A DNA stretch of 59,308 nucleotides, counting the filler, from Sphacelaria rigidula (lineage: Eukaryota), in assembly GCA_964200075.2 (NCBI GenBank). It is 9 parts of 9 records of this genome, joined end to end, with 100 filler letters (N's around TTAATTAATTAA, not from the genome) between each part and the next. Parts side by side here need not be neighbours in the genome. Positions count along the whole stretch, not along the records: positions 33,008 to 39,508 come from CAXNAA020019709.1; positions 39,609 to 46,108 come from CAXNAA020019710.1; positions 46,209 to 52,708 come from CAXNAA020019711.1; 6 more parts are not named here. One strand, written 5' to 3'. The notes under the pieces were generated by a model. The model did no database searches. It was not told the DNA's origin and was given only the letters and a program-made list of their open reading frames with translations. Position numbers and translations under genes: made by a program. Shown here in pieces: positions 36,060 through 47,997 of this stretch (position 1 is the stretch's first letter; every line of letters starts with the position of its first letter).

Positions 36060-37870
36060 CATTTTTCTCGTTTCTTGATATTACACCTCCTCCGAGACAC
36101 ATGCTTCTCGAGCTGGAGACGCGTAAAATGATGTTCTGCCCGGCGAATATTCATCTCCCGTTTTGAAATCAAGACACCTCAATCGAGGAACGTGCTCCTA
36201 GAGCTAGCTTCAGTCGGCTGATATGAGAGATTCCGGCCATCCACGTTTTCGTCGGCGGACATTTTTGTCTTCTTTGCACTCGAAACGCCTCTCTGGCGAG
36301 AAGCGTGCTCCCGCAGCTTAGAGCAGCTACGGTGGGGGATTCCGGCCACGGAAAGCACACATTTTGTTGACCAGCGACTAGTTCTACCTTTCTATCGAAG
36401 TCGAGGGATCTACGTCGAGACACGTGCTCTCAAATATCTAGGCGGCTACAATGAAAGACCCTAGCCAGTGAATATTTATTCGGCCATCGACTATTATTTT
36501 GTTGCTTCTCTAATAGATGGAGATGCCTACATAACGCGTGGCCCCTGGGCTGTAGGCGGCTGAGGTTCAGGAGTTCCGGCCGGCGAACGCTTTTTTGACC
36601 AACGAATATATTTTCGGCGAGCGAGCACTCTATCTTGTCCTCAATCCAAGACACATACTAGTTGGAGACACGTGTTCGTAGAGCTCGAGGCGGCTAGAAT
36701 GACGGATTCGGGAGAGCGAATATTTCTTTGGCTAGCGGATGCTTTTTGCTCTCTCGAGTTCAATACACCAACACGTGCTTCCAGAGCTCCAGGTGGCTCA
36801 AGTTCACACGGGTTTCTGACCAGCGAATACTCTTTTGGCCAGCGAATACTTTTGTCTCATCTTGAAGTCAAGACATGTACGATCTCCGGGAGCTTTAGGC
36901 CGCGCAAGTTCACGGATGATTTCGACCAGCGAGTTTTCTTCGATGAGGGAGTATTTTTATCTCACCTTAGAGGCAAGAGGTGTGCTTTGAGACGCGAGCT
37001 CCTACAGTCTCAGGCAACCGAAATAACAACTTTCGATCAAGGAAAATTTCTTTGACCAGCGGATATGTTTGTCTTATCTTGGAGCCAAGACACCTACTGC
37101 ACAACACCTACGTACTGCTGAAGCCGAAGTGACGGAGTTCGTCGGAAACTATGTCTTTGGTCGGCAAACATTTCCGTCGTTTCTTCCAAACGAAGAAACC
37201 TCGTACAAGACACAAGTGGTGCTAGGGCTCTAGAGCTCTAGGCGACTGAAGATGAGGGATTCTGGCGAGCGTATCTTGGAGTCAAGACACATCCACTTCG
37301 AAACAACGTGTTTCCAGGAGTACAGACCCGCGATAGTTGACGGATATTGGTCGGCCGACGTGTTTTCGAACAGAAACTACTTCTGTTTTCTCTTGAGATC
37401 AAGACACCCACCTTCAGGGCCTGTCTTGGCACATTAGTTTCCGATCGAAATTGTGCGGTGGAAAGCAAAAATCTCGATCTGACAGGTCATGATTTCAACC
37501 ATCTTCAAAATTAACGATGATGGTTGAAATTACGACCTATCAGATCGGGATTTTTACTTTCCACCGCACAATTTCGATCGAAAACTAGTGTGCTAGGACA
37601 CGCCCGAAGACGTGCTGCGAGAGCTCTACGCGGTCGGACATGAGACGGGTTTCGGCAAGCGAATAATTCTTCGGCCAGCAAGCATTTCTGCTTCTTCAAG
37701 AAATCAACACTCCTAGTTCGGGGCACGTGCTCTCAAAGATCTAGGCGGCGACAGTGAGGTATTTAGGTCAGCGAATATCTCGACGGCCAGCGAATACTTT
37801 TCGCCCTTTTTTGTCTAATATCAAGACTCCTACTTCAAGACACGCGTGCTCCAAGAGCTCAAGACGGCGC
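36060..37870 (+). repeat. Old, highly diverged tandem array (~100-130-bp period)
   Basis: Recurring block TCAAGACAC..GAGACACGTGCTC..GAGCTC.AGGCGGC..GACCAGCGAATA..TT.GGCCAGCGAATA. CACGTG-like anchors near 36190, 36421, 36669, 36772, 37306, 37724, 37841. Confidence 0.65.
37412..37608. repeat. ~197-bp imperfect palindrome within the diverged array
   Basis: GGCACATTAGTTTCCGATCGAAATTGTGCGGTGGAAAG...TTTCAACCATC pairs with GATGGTTGAAAT...CTTTCCACCGCACAATTTCGATCGAAAACTAGTGTGC around a loop of about 10 nt. Confidence 0.85.
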
Positions 37871-38412
37871 GTGCGGGTGCGGCTGGGTGGCCTTTCGCTT
37901 GTTTGACTCAGGTTTGTGGAACATGTCCTCCCACCCCTCGCAGCCAACCAAGCGGAACGAGCGCAAGTTCCAAGAAGCACGAGCAACACGAACGGCACGA
38001 AACCGCAGCGATGAGCTCGTCCTCATCACGAGTTCTCCGTGCCCGAGCGGCGACTAGTGGCGTTGAGAGCTAGAGGTAGGAAGGCGACCTTGGACTGCTG
38101 CCGAGATAGCCCCCCCCCCCCGAACCGGCCAAAAACGTGCACGGAGGCAATGATCATGAATGCCACCAGAGCTGGTTTCGTGCTGCACGACGAGACTCAT
38201 TTGGGCGTCATATAGCTGATTTCGAACTGCTACACGCCTCTCATGTGGGCAAAATTGCTGCAAACGAGCCCCAATGGTGGGATCGAAGCCGGTATGTCGG
38301 ACGGTCTCCGGTGCGCTTTTTGTGGTGGGGGGGCTATCTCGGCATCAGTCCTTGGTCACTTTTTCGTGTGGAACATGTAGGCAAGAAAATAGCGCACAGT
38401 CCCGCTCGCCAA

Positions 38413-38694
38413 GGCCCATTATTATCGACACTGTTGTTTTTGCCGGAGATCTCAGAAAGTTTCAGAGCTTCCGGACTGTGCGTTCAGACTTTTCCGAGAA
38501 TGAAGCGGAGTGATTTTTTCTCCGAAGCTTCTGTTTCGGAGAAGTCCGAAAAATTCGGACTGCAAGGCCGCACTTTGGAGAGCTGCTCTGCGAGCACGTC
38601 GTGGCGGTCGCAAGCAGTCGAGAATGATCAGGTACCTTGCCGGTTCGGACAGTTTCGGAGATCTCCGAAAAAAAGGTGTCGATAATAATGGTCC
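38413..38694. mobile_element. MITE with GGCCC-type TIRs (Harbinger-like)
   Basis: GGCCCATTATTATCGACAC..CGGAGATCTC ... GGAGATCTCCG..GTGTCGATAATAATGGTCC|TTA. Confidence 0.7.
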
Positions 38695-40001
38695 TTAACC
38701 ATATGTTATGTTGCTGCAGTCCTTTTGATTGGTTGGCTGTTTTTTGCGCATTAACCAATCCGCTACGATTTCGGCCGTCGTCACAAGACAGGTGTTCCGA
38801 GGGTAAGTAAACGGTACACACGCGCGCGCTGAGGGATTCTCGATGAAGGGAGGACACGAAAAATTAAAAAAATTAAAGAGAGATGTAACAGAATAGAGGA
38901 AACTGTGCAAACAGATGCAAATAAAAGAGGAGAAAGGCGAAGAGAAAAGAGGAAAGTGAGGCAAGAAATACCACGCCGACATCTCCGGTGCCGCTCCCGA
39001 AAAATAACAGAGACGGCAGGCTCCCGCCACATTGGCTCCGGTGAGGAGGCCGCACGAGAACAAAACACGAAACGAAGTGAAATAATTCCTCTTTTCCCCA
39101 CTTCCATGTGAACTCTGCCGGGTTCTTCTTATCTGCATTACAAACGAGTACCGCACAGTTGTTAACGTTCGCTCCTAGTGTATTTTAGCGCCTTGTCTAT
39201 CTGTTTCTTTAATCCTTCTGCTGCTCCTGAAATCCCCACAACATCGTCCGCGAACACCAATCAACCCTGATACCAGATCTTTACCCACCTTGACTCTTTG
39301 CTTCGCTGCTTCTATTTCTATTATCAGGTCACCAGTAAACACCTTGAACAGAGTGGGATAACGTACATCCTTGTGCAACTCCTTGTAAAATATAAAAATA
39401 TTTCGATATTTCCCCGTCCAGCATCATGGCAATTTTGGCACGTTCTGTCATGTCTTCGCCATTCTCCACATCTTTCCTCTGATTCCAGCTTCCCACAACT
39501 TCTTCCACNNNNNNNNNNNNNNNNNNNNNNNNNNNNNNNNNNNNNNNNNNNNTTAATTAATTAANNNNNNNNNNNNNNNNNNNNNNNNNNNNNNNNNNNN
39601 NNNNNNNNCCCGATCCGGGGAAAATCCGGCGTGCCCCCTTCCGGCTTTGTAGGGATGCGAGGTCAATGGTCTTATGACTATAGCCCGCATGATCATGAGG
39701 GCCCCCCCCCCCCCCCCCCCCCTTCCGTCATCTTCTCATGGAAAGTGCATTTGTCGCCCATGATGTTTCTCTATAAATCGACGGTAAACCAATGCTTCAT
39801 CCATACAGTATACCTACACCACATCTCCTTCATCGCGAAACCCGTGTCTTGGTTATGAGAGAACGCGGAAATGTACAGTGTCTCACAGTATAAAGCTCGA
39901 GACGATGGCAACGAAAAGACTCATGCCGAGTGCCTCAGGGTTGATGCGAGGGGGCACGGACATGGCCACCCGATAAAGCGGAAAAAATCTGTGCTACAAA
40001 C

Positions 40002-43000
40002 CTCCTGGAAACCGGTGTAAGATAGAGGTCTGACCCTTCCCACGCCAGGCCGCGCTGGCTCCGTCCTCCACACGCTCTGCTTTTGAGCCGCACTGTCGAC
40101 ATCGGCAGCGCAACGGCGTCCGCCGGACAAATCACCATCACCGTAATAGTCTGTCGTTACTCGGGACAGTAAAAGTGTAGGACTGTGAATGATGACCAGT
40201 AGTACGGCGGCATCGGGCCGGAATACCTACTCAACCGAAGGAAATGTGAGAGTGCTTCCTCCCGATAGAGCTTGAGGAGATGATGCGGTCAGTATCGTTC
40301 ATACGGCGACATGGTTTGATATCGACTCATTTTCTCGACGAACATCATCGGCATACTCTGGTTCTCGCTGTTTTTCCTTTGCCGAAGGCTGACGTCGCCC
40401 TCGATATCGGTGGAAACCATGAAAATCCCACCGGTTCACTCTGCCCCCGACTACTCTATGCGTACACGTCGACGAAGCGATGAGAATCGCATATGATCTG
40501 GAAGCTCCCCCTCCCCTACTGACCTTCATCGTCACAGGAAAGGAAAATGTCGCCGATCTCAAGGGTCGAAATCAGTGCCCCTGCAAGCCCGAAGTCAGCC
40601 GCAAAACCCAGCAAGGAACAATAAGACATCGCGTCCGCCATGGAATTCATCCTCCTTTGCTTCTCGCGGGCATGGGGTACTTCTTCCTTTCTGCCAGCTG
40701 AGCCATTCACTGTGGAACATCTCCGTCGCCTCTCGGGTGCGTTGACCTCCGACCCCGAGGAAGGAACGTGCTTGTCCGCACCTTCCGCGTTCTCTGCCCT
40801 ATGCCCGCCGTCACCTTTGCCGACAAATGCCTCTGCCGTGATCGATTCTCTGGGGGTATTGGGTGTTCGGCTATCGCCGGTTTGACCACGTCGACTGCAA
40901 GAACACACAGCCTCAGCACCGACTCCAACATCAGCACCACTAGGGCATACGCTTCCGCCGGGACAACATGGAGACGCCGCGGACGACGGGGCTGCACAGG
41001 GCGAGGTCGCGGGAGAGACGACAAAGCCATCCACCCCGGAGGCAAGGACATCCACTGGATGCGTGTTTTGGGGGTTGGTGGTAGATTCGGGAGCAACAGG
41101 TGGCGGCGGCGCCGTCACTGCGGCTGCTGCTGACGCGACCATAGAAAGGGCGGTAGAGTCCACGGAGGCGCGGGCTGTGCCACTTTCGGGCAGCGCAGGT
41201 GAAGCTAGAACGGTGTTGACTGCACTACAAGTAGAGGGAATTGGGGTAGTGACCTCAGAGTCACCCCGAATTGGAGGCTGCGGTGTCGTGGGAGCAGAAG
41301 GGAGGGTGTCACTTGTCGTCACGTCCCTAGGAGTGTCGTCTATCTCCTGCGGCTCCATCGCCGTTGGCGGTAACGGTTGATCCGCATCGCAGTGCTCTGG
41401 CGTGGAAGTCTCTACAATAATGTGATCGACGTTTGCTTTAGTCACAAGGCTGCTATTGCTGGAGCTATGGCCAGGTTTAAAATTGACGGTAGCGATACTA
41501 TGGGGTTTCGCGCCTCCCTTGTCCGTCATGGCGTGGGGCTTGCCTTTAGACGACGAAGACACCGCGTAGAACCTGCCCGGGAGTGTGCGGGTAGAAGACT
41601 GAGGAAGGAAAGCTGAGGGCGTCGGTAGACATGTCTGCCCAAACGTGTGAAGAACCTCGAAGCATTCAATTATCGTGGAGAAGAATTCCATAGTCAGTCA
41701 TACGAGTACCAAATTGAGGGGAAGTGTCCTTATGACCGTGTAAATATTCAATTCATATTTATTCATCGCCCGTCTCTCCCATCGCCACTGAGCGGAGGAT
41801 GGTTGGCACTTACACCGGGAACGATGTGCCAAGGTATGGCGGAAACACATGAGAGGATACCCACGGTATCATTCGGGAGAATTCAAGCGGCTGCCGAAGT
41901 GTACGGTCCCACCTGAACATTTCTCGCAAGCCAGATCCGAACAGCCTGAGCAGGTGAATTACCAGGGCGTCGGTCATGGCGTCAGCAGCAGAAGCTGGCC
42001 TTCGACGAGAAGCCAACGGCAGAACGTTTTCCATTAGAAGCTGCGCATCACCACAAAGATCATCAGCGAGGTTTGACTACAGTGCACCTGAACCGCGGCT
42101 TGTAAGAAAACCAACCGTACCGGAGAAGGGCCACACACTATTGCACTGACATTATGATACGCGTGGAGTTTCCACACCTCGCACCGATGGGTATTCCATC
42201 TTCAAGTAGCAACGGCGCCCGACGTGGACAGGAGTTTGTTGGCATTGCTTTTGTTTGATGTAGGTGTATTGACTGAGCACAGCATATTTATTCATTTGTC
42301 AAGGAAATTACGCAGACGAAAGGAGGGTATGTACCTTCTCCAACGAAATCTCGGCGTCGTGTAAACGGTCTACACCGCCCACTGGCTGCGCTTTCGTCTC
42401 TGTACCGCCAGGTATTTGACGCCCCTCCACCCCGCTCCAGGTTGTGCTCATTGTGGCAACGTTAATCAAATCTCTCCGACCGTATAGACGAACCCCTAAC
42501 ACAACGAGGGCCTCGAGGAATTCCGGGTATGTTAGTTTGCTCTTGGGCATTGCCGCTGCGTTGTTTTTCCTTTCCATGATGTGATCGAGAGGTGCTGACT
42601 TCCGGAGATGTCGACCAATCGGTCCTGTCCCTTCGCGCAAATCGTGCCAAGAAGAGCTCGCGGACTGCCAAAGAGGTGTTTGGGGGGCGCAGGTGCAGAC
42701 GGATGATTGTGAATAGATATTGACTTGTGGTCGGCGTGATAAAATACTGGACAAGTGGATCAAAAATACGTTGTCGGATAATGACCAAGGATGGAGCCCT
42801 GTAGGGACCCGAGGGGCGGGGGAAAGGGGAAGCCAGGTTGATTACGCCACCGAAGAAGTGAGAATGCAAAACAGGTCAAACATCGTGAGCTTGACAAAAG
42901 AGTTCAGCAATATACACGAAAACTAGACTTGGTTCGTACGGTTCGGTCATTGCCACGCTCCACCACCTGCTGTATGAAATTTACCACGCCGAGACGCGTG

Positions 43001-43368
43001 AAAGCCGCTCCTTACCACCATGATACTCTTGTCGCGAAACCGTTCATTGAACAAACAACAACCGCCCGAAACCAAGCAACCGGTATCAAATTTTATGACT
43101 CGAGTCACAGCCCGCAAAAGATCCTAATGAGCAGCTTTCGTGAATCCAATGCTCGCACCGGTCGCCGCTGAATGACCGACGCGAAAGCAAGATTCACGAA
43201 CGCCTGTCCCAGCCCTCGCTCTCGGCGACACCTGGACGATGGGCTACGCGCTTGCTTTGATTGACACATTGCGGAAGTCGCTTCCTTTTTCTTCGACCCG
43301 ATTCGACCGGAAGACGCCTTAGCGCCGACAATCTGACAATCCTTGGCGAGTCGCAAAAAGTCCGTCGC
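40002..43368 (-). CDS. Partial spliced host gene with p25-alpha/EF-hand-like helical repeats; exons 43368-43159, 42664-42335, 42040-41913, 41572-40524, 40150-40002
   Basis: All five exons have CAG/GT boundaries with matching phases (0,0,2,1). The joined protein contains DFLRLAKDCQIV..QAFVNLAFASV..SKLTYPEFLEALVVLG, LREMFRFYA, MSYCSLLGFAADFGL..STLEIGDIFLS and RPLSYTGFQE, separated by low-complexity inserts. Confidence 0.8.
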
Positions 43369-43886
43369 CTGCAAGTGTGACAAAATTGGATGTAGATATA
43401 ACGTGGCTGGCACATGTTATGCCATTCTCTTCTGGCATATCTTTTACCCCTTTCCCCCCTCTCGATAAGTCCGTCGTCTCAAGCTATTATCAATACATCT
43501 TTCCTTGGCACCTACATGACATTTTGTTATCTAGGATTGATTGGATCGGTACTCCCGCGTTCCATCGACTTTTTTCCATTTTTTTTATTGCTCATGTCCT
43601 CATGCTTTAAACGACGAATGCAGATTCGGCGCACAAAGACCATGTATGTCGGGTTCGAACCGGCAACCTTTCGCCCTAACTGGCCACCTATGGGGTGCGG
43701 CGGCCATGAAAAAGAATATTCAACGTTTGTCGTTACAGCTTAGTGGAGTCTCATAGTTGCGACCCTAAATTTCTCTGTAGTTACCGCGTATAAATTTTCT
43801 GTTTGAAATTCCACCTGAGGTGGCTTTGCTACGTAGCGAACGTGTTGTCGAATCACACAGCCCCTCAAGGGCAGGAGGCACATGAC

Positions 43887-44141
43887 GAGTGGTGCTACGG
43901 TAGGGGTACACATTTTTTTTCTATGGTTGGAATTGTCAGGAGCCCTTTATCTCGTCCAAAACACGACTTATGAAGATATGCGAGAGTAAGCCAGAATTAC
44001 TATTCAATGTGCTGGGGATATCCAAAATAATCTGCAAACGAGGATGCCCTGGCCCATATTCTTGTGCGTCTAGAATCCTTAGGAGCCCCTGAACCAGAAT
44101 TTTTTTCGCGAAAAAAGTGCACCCCAACCGTAGCATTGCTC
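43887..44141. mobile_element. ~255-bp MITE, GAG-TIR family subfamily B
   Basis: GAGTGGTGCTACGGTAGGGGTACAC ... GTGCACCCCAACCGTAGCATTGCTC; collinear with 22019-22274. Confidence 0.8.
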
Positions 44142-44274
44142 CTACATTTTGTGATAACCCATCACACGGAAACAAGATGCTCGAATTAACGAGCTCAGAG
44201 CGTTAGTGTACTAAAACAATCAAAGCCATGTGAATAACTCGCGAAGGATGGGCTGCATAATACAACTGTTGTAA

Positions 44275-44724
44275 GGCAACTTCCTATGTTGTATCAAAAA
44301 TTAAAACTTGTCGAAAAGTGCATTTTTATCCCTTCTCCGTCGTTTCTCCCCCGAAAAGAGGGCTAAGCGGCTGTTGACACCTTGGGGATGACTTGCTCTA
44401 CTCGCCGAGACGGTTCCAGAGCACACATGCGTTTCCCGTAGGTCACGGTTTCGTTTTTGGCCAAACTTGCATTTTCAATAACAAACGGTCCTTTTACCGA
44501 AAAAATATCAGTTTTCCCCCTGTTTTTAGATAACTTGACCGTTTGTTATTGAAAATCCAAGTTCGGCCAAACGCATGTGTGCTCTGGAACCGTCTCGGCG
44601 AGTAGAGCGAGTCATTCCAAGGTGCCAATAGCCGCCTAGCCCTCTTTTCGAGGAAAAAACGACGGAGAAGGGTCAAGAATGCACTTTTCAACACCTTTTA
44701 TTTCTTCATACATAAGAAGTAGCC
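44275..44724. mobile_element. Harbinger/PIF-like foldback MITE (same family as 33711-34654)
   Basis: TAA|GGCAACTTCCTATGT ... ACATAAGAAGTAGCC|TAA; same arm sequence; TAA target duplication. Confidence 0.88.
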
Positions 44725-46374
44725 TAACGGGGTGACAAATAGTCAAAGTCGGTGTAAAACCGGTTAGTATGCAGGTATGCAGTATTTGCAGGATACCCGA
44801 CGACTTTGTTACTACAACAGTACTACAGTTACTGTTTCAGACGGTGCAGCATCCGACTTGTATTTAGTTCATGTTTTTCAGGTAGACACAAGAGGCATCA
44901 CTGGCACACACGTATGCAACCCTTCAAAATGACAGGGAGTGCAGTCTCGTGCTCCCATGATCACATGAGAATCATTGCCGCGGCATCTCGGTACACCCTT
45001 TAATACTATATGCCGTGCTGTACTGTATATACACGATAGATAGCCATCTCACGGACAAACTGGTGGGGTTGAGAGGGTTTCCGTGCAGCGCGTAGAAGGA
45101 GAATATGTTCCAAAGTTCATCTTCTACATCCGTCATGGCCAAATGCGATCGAAAGATAGGGCGCAGGCACCACCCGTTGGCTGCGACGCAGCTATCATCA
45201 AGCGGAGGTTTGCTAGTGCTGACGGCTCTTATTCCGCCGCACAGTGCGGTGTAACTTTATTTTTCGCGGCGGAATTCCGCCCACGAGCTTACTTCGTCCT
45301 GCCGAGGGACGCACAGATGGCTCGCCAGGAATCTACCTGCTTTGACCTATCTTATGTATGCGATAAAGCTCATGTACTAGCACATATATCCGGGTCGAAA
45401 GAATCGCGAACCGTATTTATCAACGGGGGAAAGTTGAGGTCCTCATGTCCAGACGGCGGCAAGTGTTGCCCTTCGTTCCAAACTGCCCTCATCACACGTC
45501 TCCCGTGGGGGCCGATACAGCTGTCACTCCGCGCGGTCGATTTCCGTGTTCCAGGACATGCGCTACTTACAGTACATGTAGAAGTCGAAAGAGCACTAAC
45601 AGCGGCGGCGTTAAGGTTGCAACGGCTTGTGCACGCCCCCAACATGTGTCCTTGTGCGAGAGTCTGCAGGCAACGGAAGCAGTAGGGGATCGAGGCAGGG
45701 CTCCCGTGATGTCAGGTGGGGTTGGCCAAATAGTACGGTAAAACCGGGAGCCTTTGGCAGTCAAAAATGACCACCAACTTGCAAGGTCCACGTGTTGGTA
45801 TGACTTTGATGTTGATCATGTGGTAATTTGGCTCATGGGGAACAGTGTGAGGTGCAAGAGCGTAAGATCCAGGATACTGTTCTGAGATCGTTGGTAGAGA
45901 AGGCGGCAGGTTAGCTGATGCGAAACGTTACTCTTCAGATTGATCCTCAGAACATTCTCCCTCGTGTTTTCTCATTTTCGTTCCTGAATCGACTACGTGG
46001 GCCAGCCTGAAAACGGATTTAAGCTCTCAAGGCAATCGAAATGGGAAAAACCGAGCACAACGAGAAGCTGAGAATTCCCACGCTTGGGTTCGTTCTAGCC
46101 AATGTCGTNNNNNNNNNNNNNNNNNNNNNNNNNNNNNNNNNNNNNNNNNNNNTTAATTAATTAANNNNNNNNNNNNNNNNNNNNNNNNNNNNNNNNNNNN
46201 NNNNNNNNTTTTCGGTATTTTTGGTGGACCGACTCGATCCGGATTATATAAGTGAAGACTTCAAAATGATTTTTTTTTAAATTCCACCTAGTCCCTGGGC
46301 TCAAGCAGGAAAACTATGTTTCTTGGACCATTTACGGTCAACACCACCCTCGTGATATTCGGGGTCTTTACCCG

Positions 46375-46780
46375 GTATCGCCCCACAACACCAACTTGGG
46401 CGATTGTGATCTGAGCACGGTTTGCTTATTTTGCCAAACCTATCGCGCTAGCACTTTCGGGTGCTCATGGGATATGTCATGCGAAAAAAAACGAAAATAG
46501 GCCATCCGCAGAAAATGCTGACTGCTGTGCAGTATGGGAGGGAAACACGATCTCGATGGCTATTGTGAAGAAATTTTACACGTATTAATTCATCTGAATA
46601 TTTTCCGTTTCCTTGCTCAAGAGCGGGAAAAGTGCTTATATTTAACAAAATACGGGCTATAACACCCTCCTGATGAACGGGCTATCAAGTTCGTATCGCC
46701 CCAAAACCACCAACGTGAGCACTGTAGTTTGAGCGCGGCCTACGCTTTCTCCCTGAATATACCGGTGCTGGCACTTTCAA
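46375..46780 (+). repeat. Diverged direct repeat pair (~85 bp, ~320 bp apart)
   Basis: GTATCGCCCCA.AAC.CCAAC.TG.GC..TGT..TGAGC.CGG...GCT.GCACTTTC at ~46375 and ~46693. Confidence 0.55.
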
Positions 46781-47997
46781 GTAATGGTGAAGAACGGTAC
46801 TCACGAAAAACTAAGAAGAAAGGACAAGTACGAATTCTGAAAACTTCCGATGCTGACTACTATAGTTCTGGATACTTGCATGACTGACAGCAGCAAATCT
46901 ATGCCTTCAAGGATAGGGGGAGAAGGGGAGTAGGAGGGTCGGGCAGGGGGTTGGGGGCGGGGGGAGGGGTGGTATCTATTGTAGTCCACGGTAATCTATC
47001 TAGGTCTGAGGCGTATGTCTTCGGCTCCACTTTCTTCTCGAAACAGTCGACTGCACCAGCTCGCTTCGCCAAACATACAATGAGTGCCGCGCGCCAACTG
47101 TAGTTTACTGTCTGTACGGAGAGTGCATATGTTAGCAAACTAGTTTTGGCGAAGTGGCCGCAACGGACGTACATCACTCTTTTATAAATAACCGTGTTTG
47201 TCCTCTTTCCCCCCCAGCCCCCTCTTCTTTTCATCAATTCTATCTTCGCCTGCGGTCGGTTTGCGTCCAAGCTTCCTACATGATCTAGTCAAAATATGTC
47301 GAGAGGACCAACGTTTTCTCGTACCGGGGGGCACATACTTCTTCATGTGATTCCGTACCTTCGGCGGTTGTCCGACCGCGAGCAGAAACAGCGATCGTGC
47401 ATGGAGCACACGAGCTGCAGACAGAGCAACACGCGCACACGTCATACCGAAAGGAAAAACAAAACAACGCACCCGGAAACGGCAGGAAAGAAAAAAAACA
47501 GTTATTTAAACAGAGAGAAGATGAAAGGATGAGGAAATACTCGGGAGGGGCAAAGCATAGCATACAGGGAAGCAAAGAAGCACCACCGAGACCACTGTCG
47601 AATGCATCGAACGATTCATGCTGCCTTCGTTCACGTCCCGCATTCACCCCTCTAGCACGTCCCGTTCCTCCTTGCATGGTTCACATTTTGCCACTATATG
47701 AGTTTTACTCTCTACTCCTTCGCCACAGGGGCAACTCTGTGCATCCACTTCCTCCTTCTCTCGACCACTGGGTGCACATTTCATTCACATGTATCGTTAT
47801 ATGATCGAGGCGTCAAACATCATCTCACATATCTGGATGAGGACTTACAACAACGTACACTTTTCCTCAAGGAAGGGGGGAGAGGGAGGGGGAAGGGGGG
47901 GGTGGAGTATGACAATATGCATGTGTATTTATGATATGACCTCCTCCAAATTCACCCTTCCCCTCTCGCGAACTCTTCTATTATATGCATCTCTCAC

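Noticed and set aside
40516..41691. 391-aa single-exon gene as listed in the ORF track
   Set aside because: Its N-terminal ~40 codons are intronic; the supported unit is internal exon 41572-40524 of a spliced gene.
45175..45665. Additional upstream exons of the 40002-43368 gene
   Set aside because: Splice-like sites exist, but the best candidates need a frameshift (LLVLF/DFYMY) or contain an in-frame TAA. Not supportable without transcripts.
46800..47415. Downstream exons of the Cys-rich membrane gene
   Set aside because: Some AG/GT pairs are plausible, but I could not build a phase-consistent, stop-free continuation.
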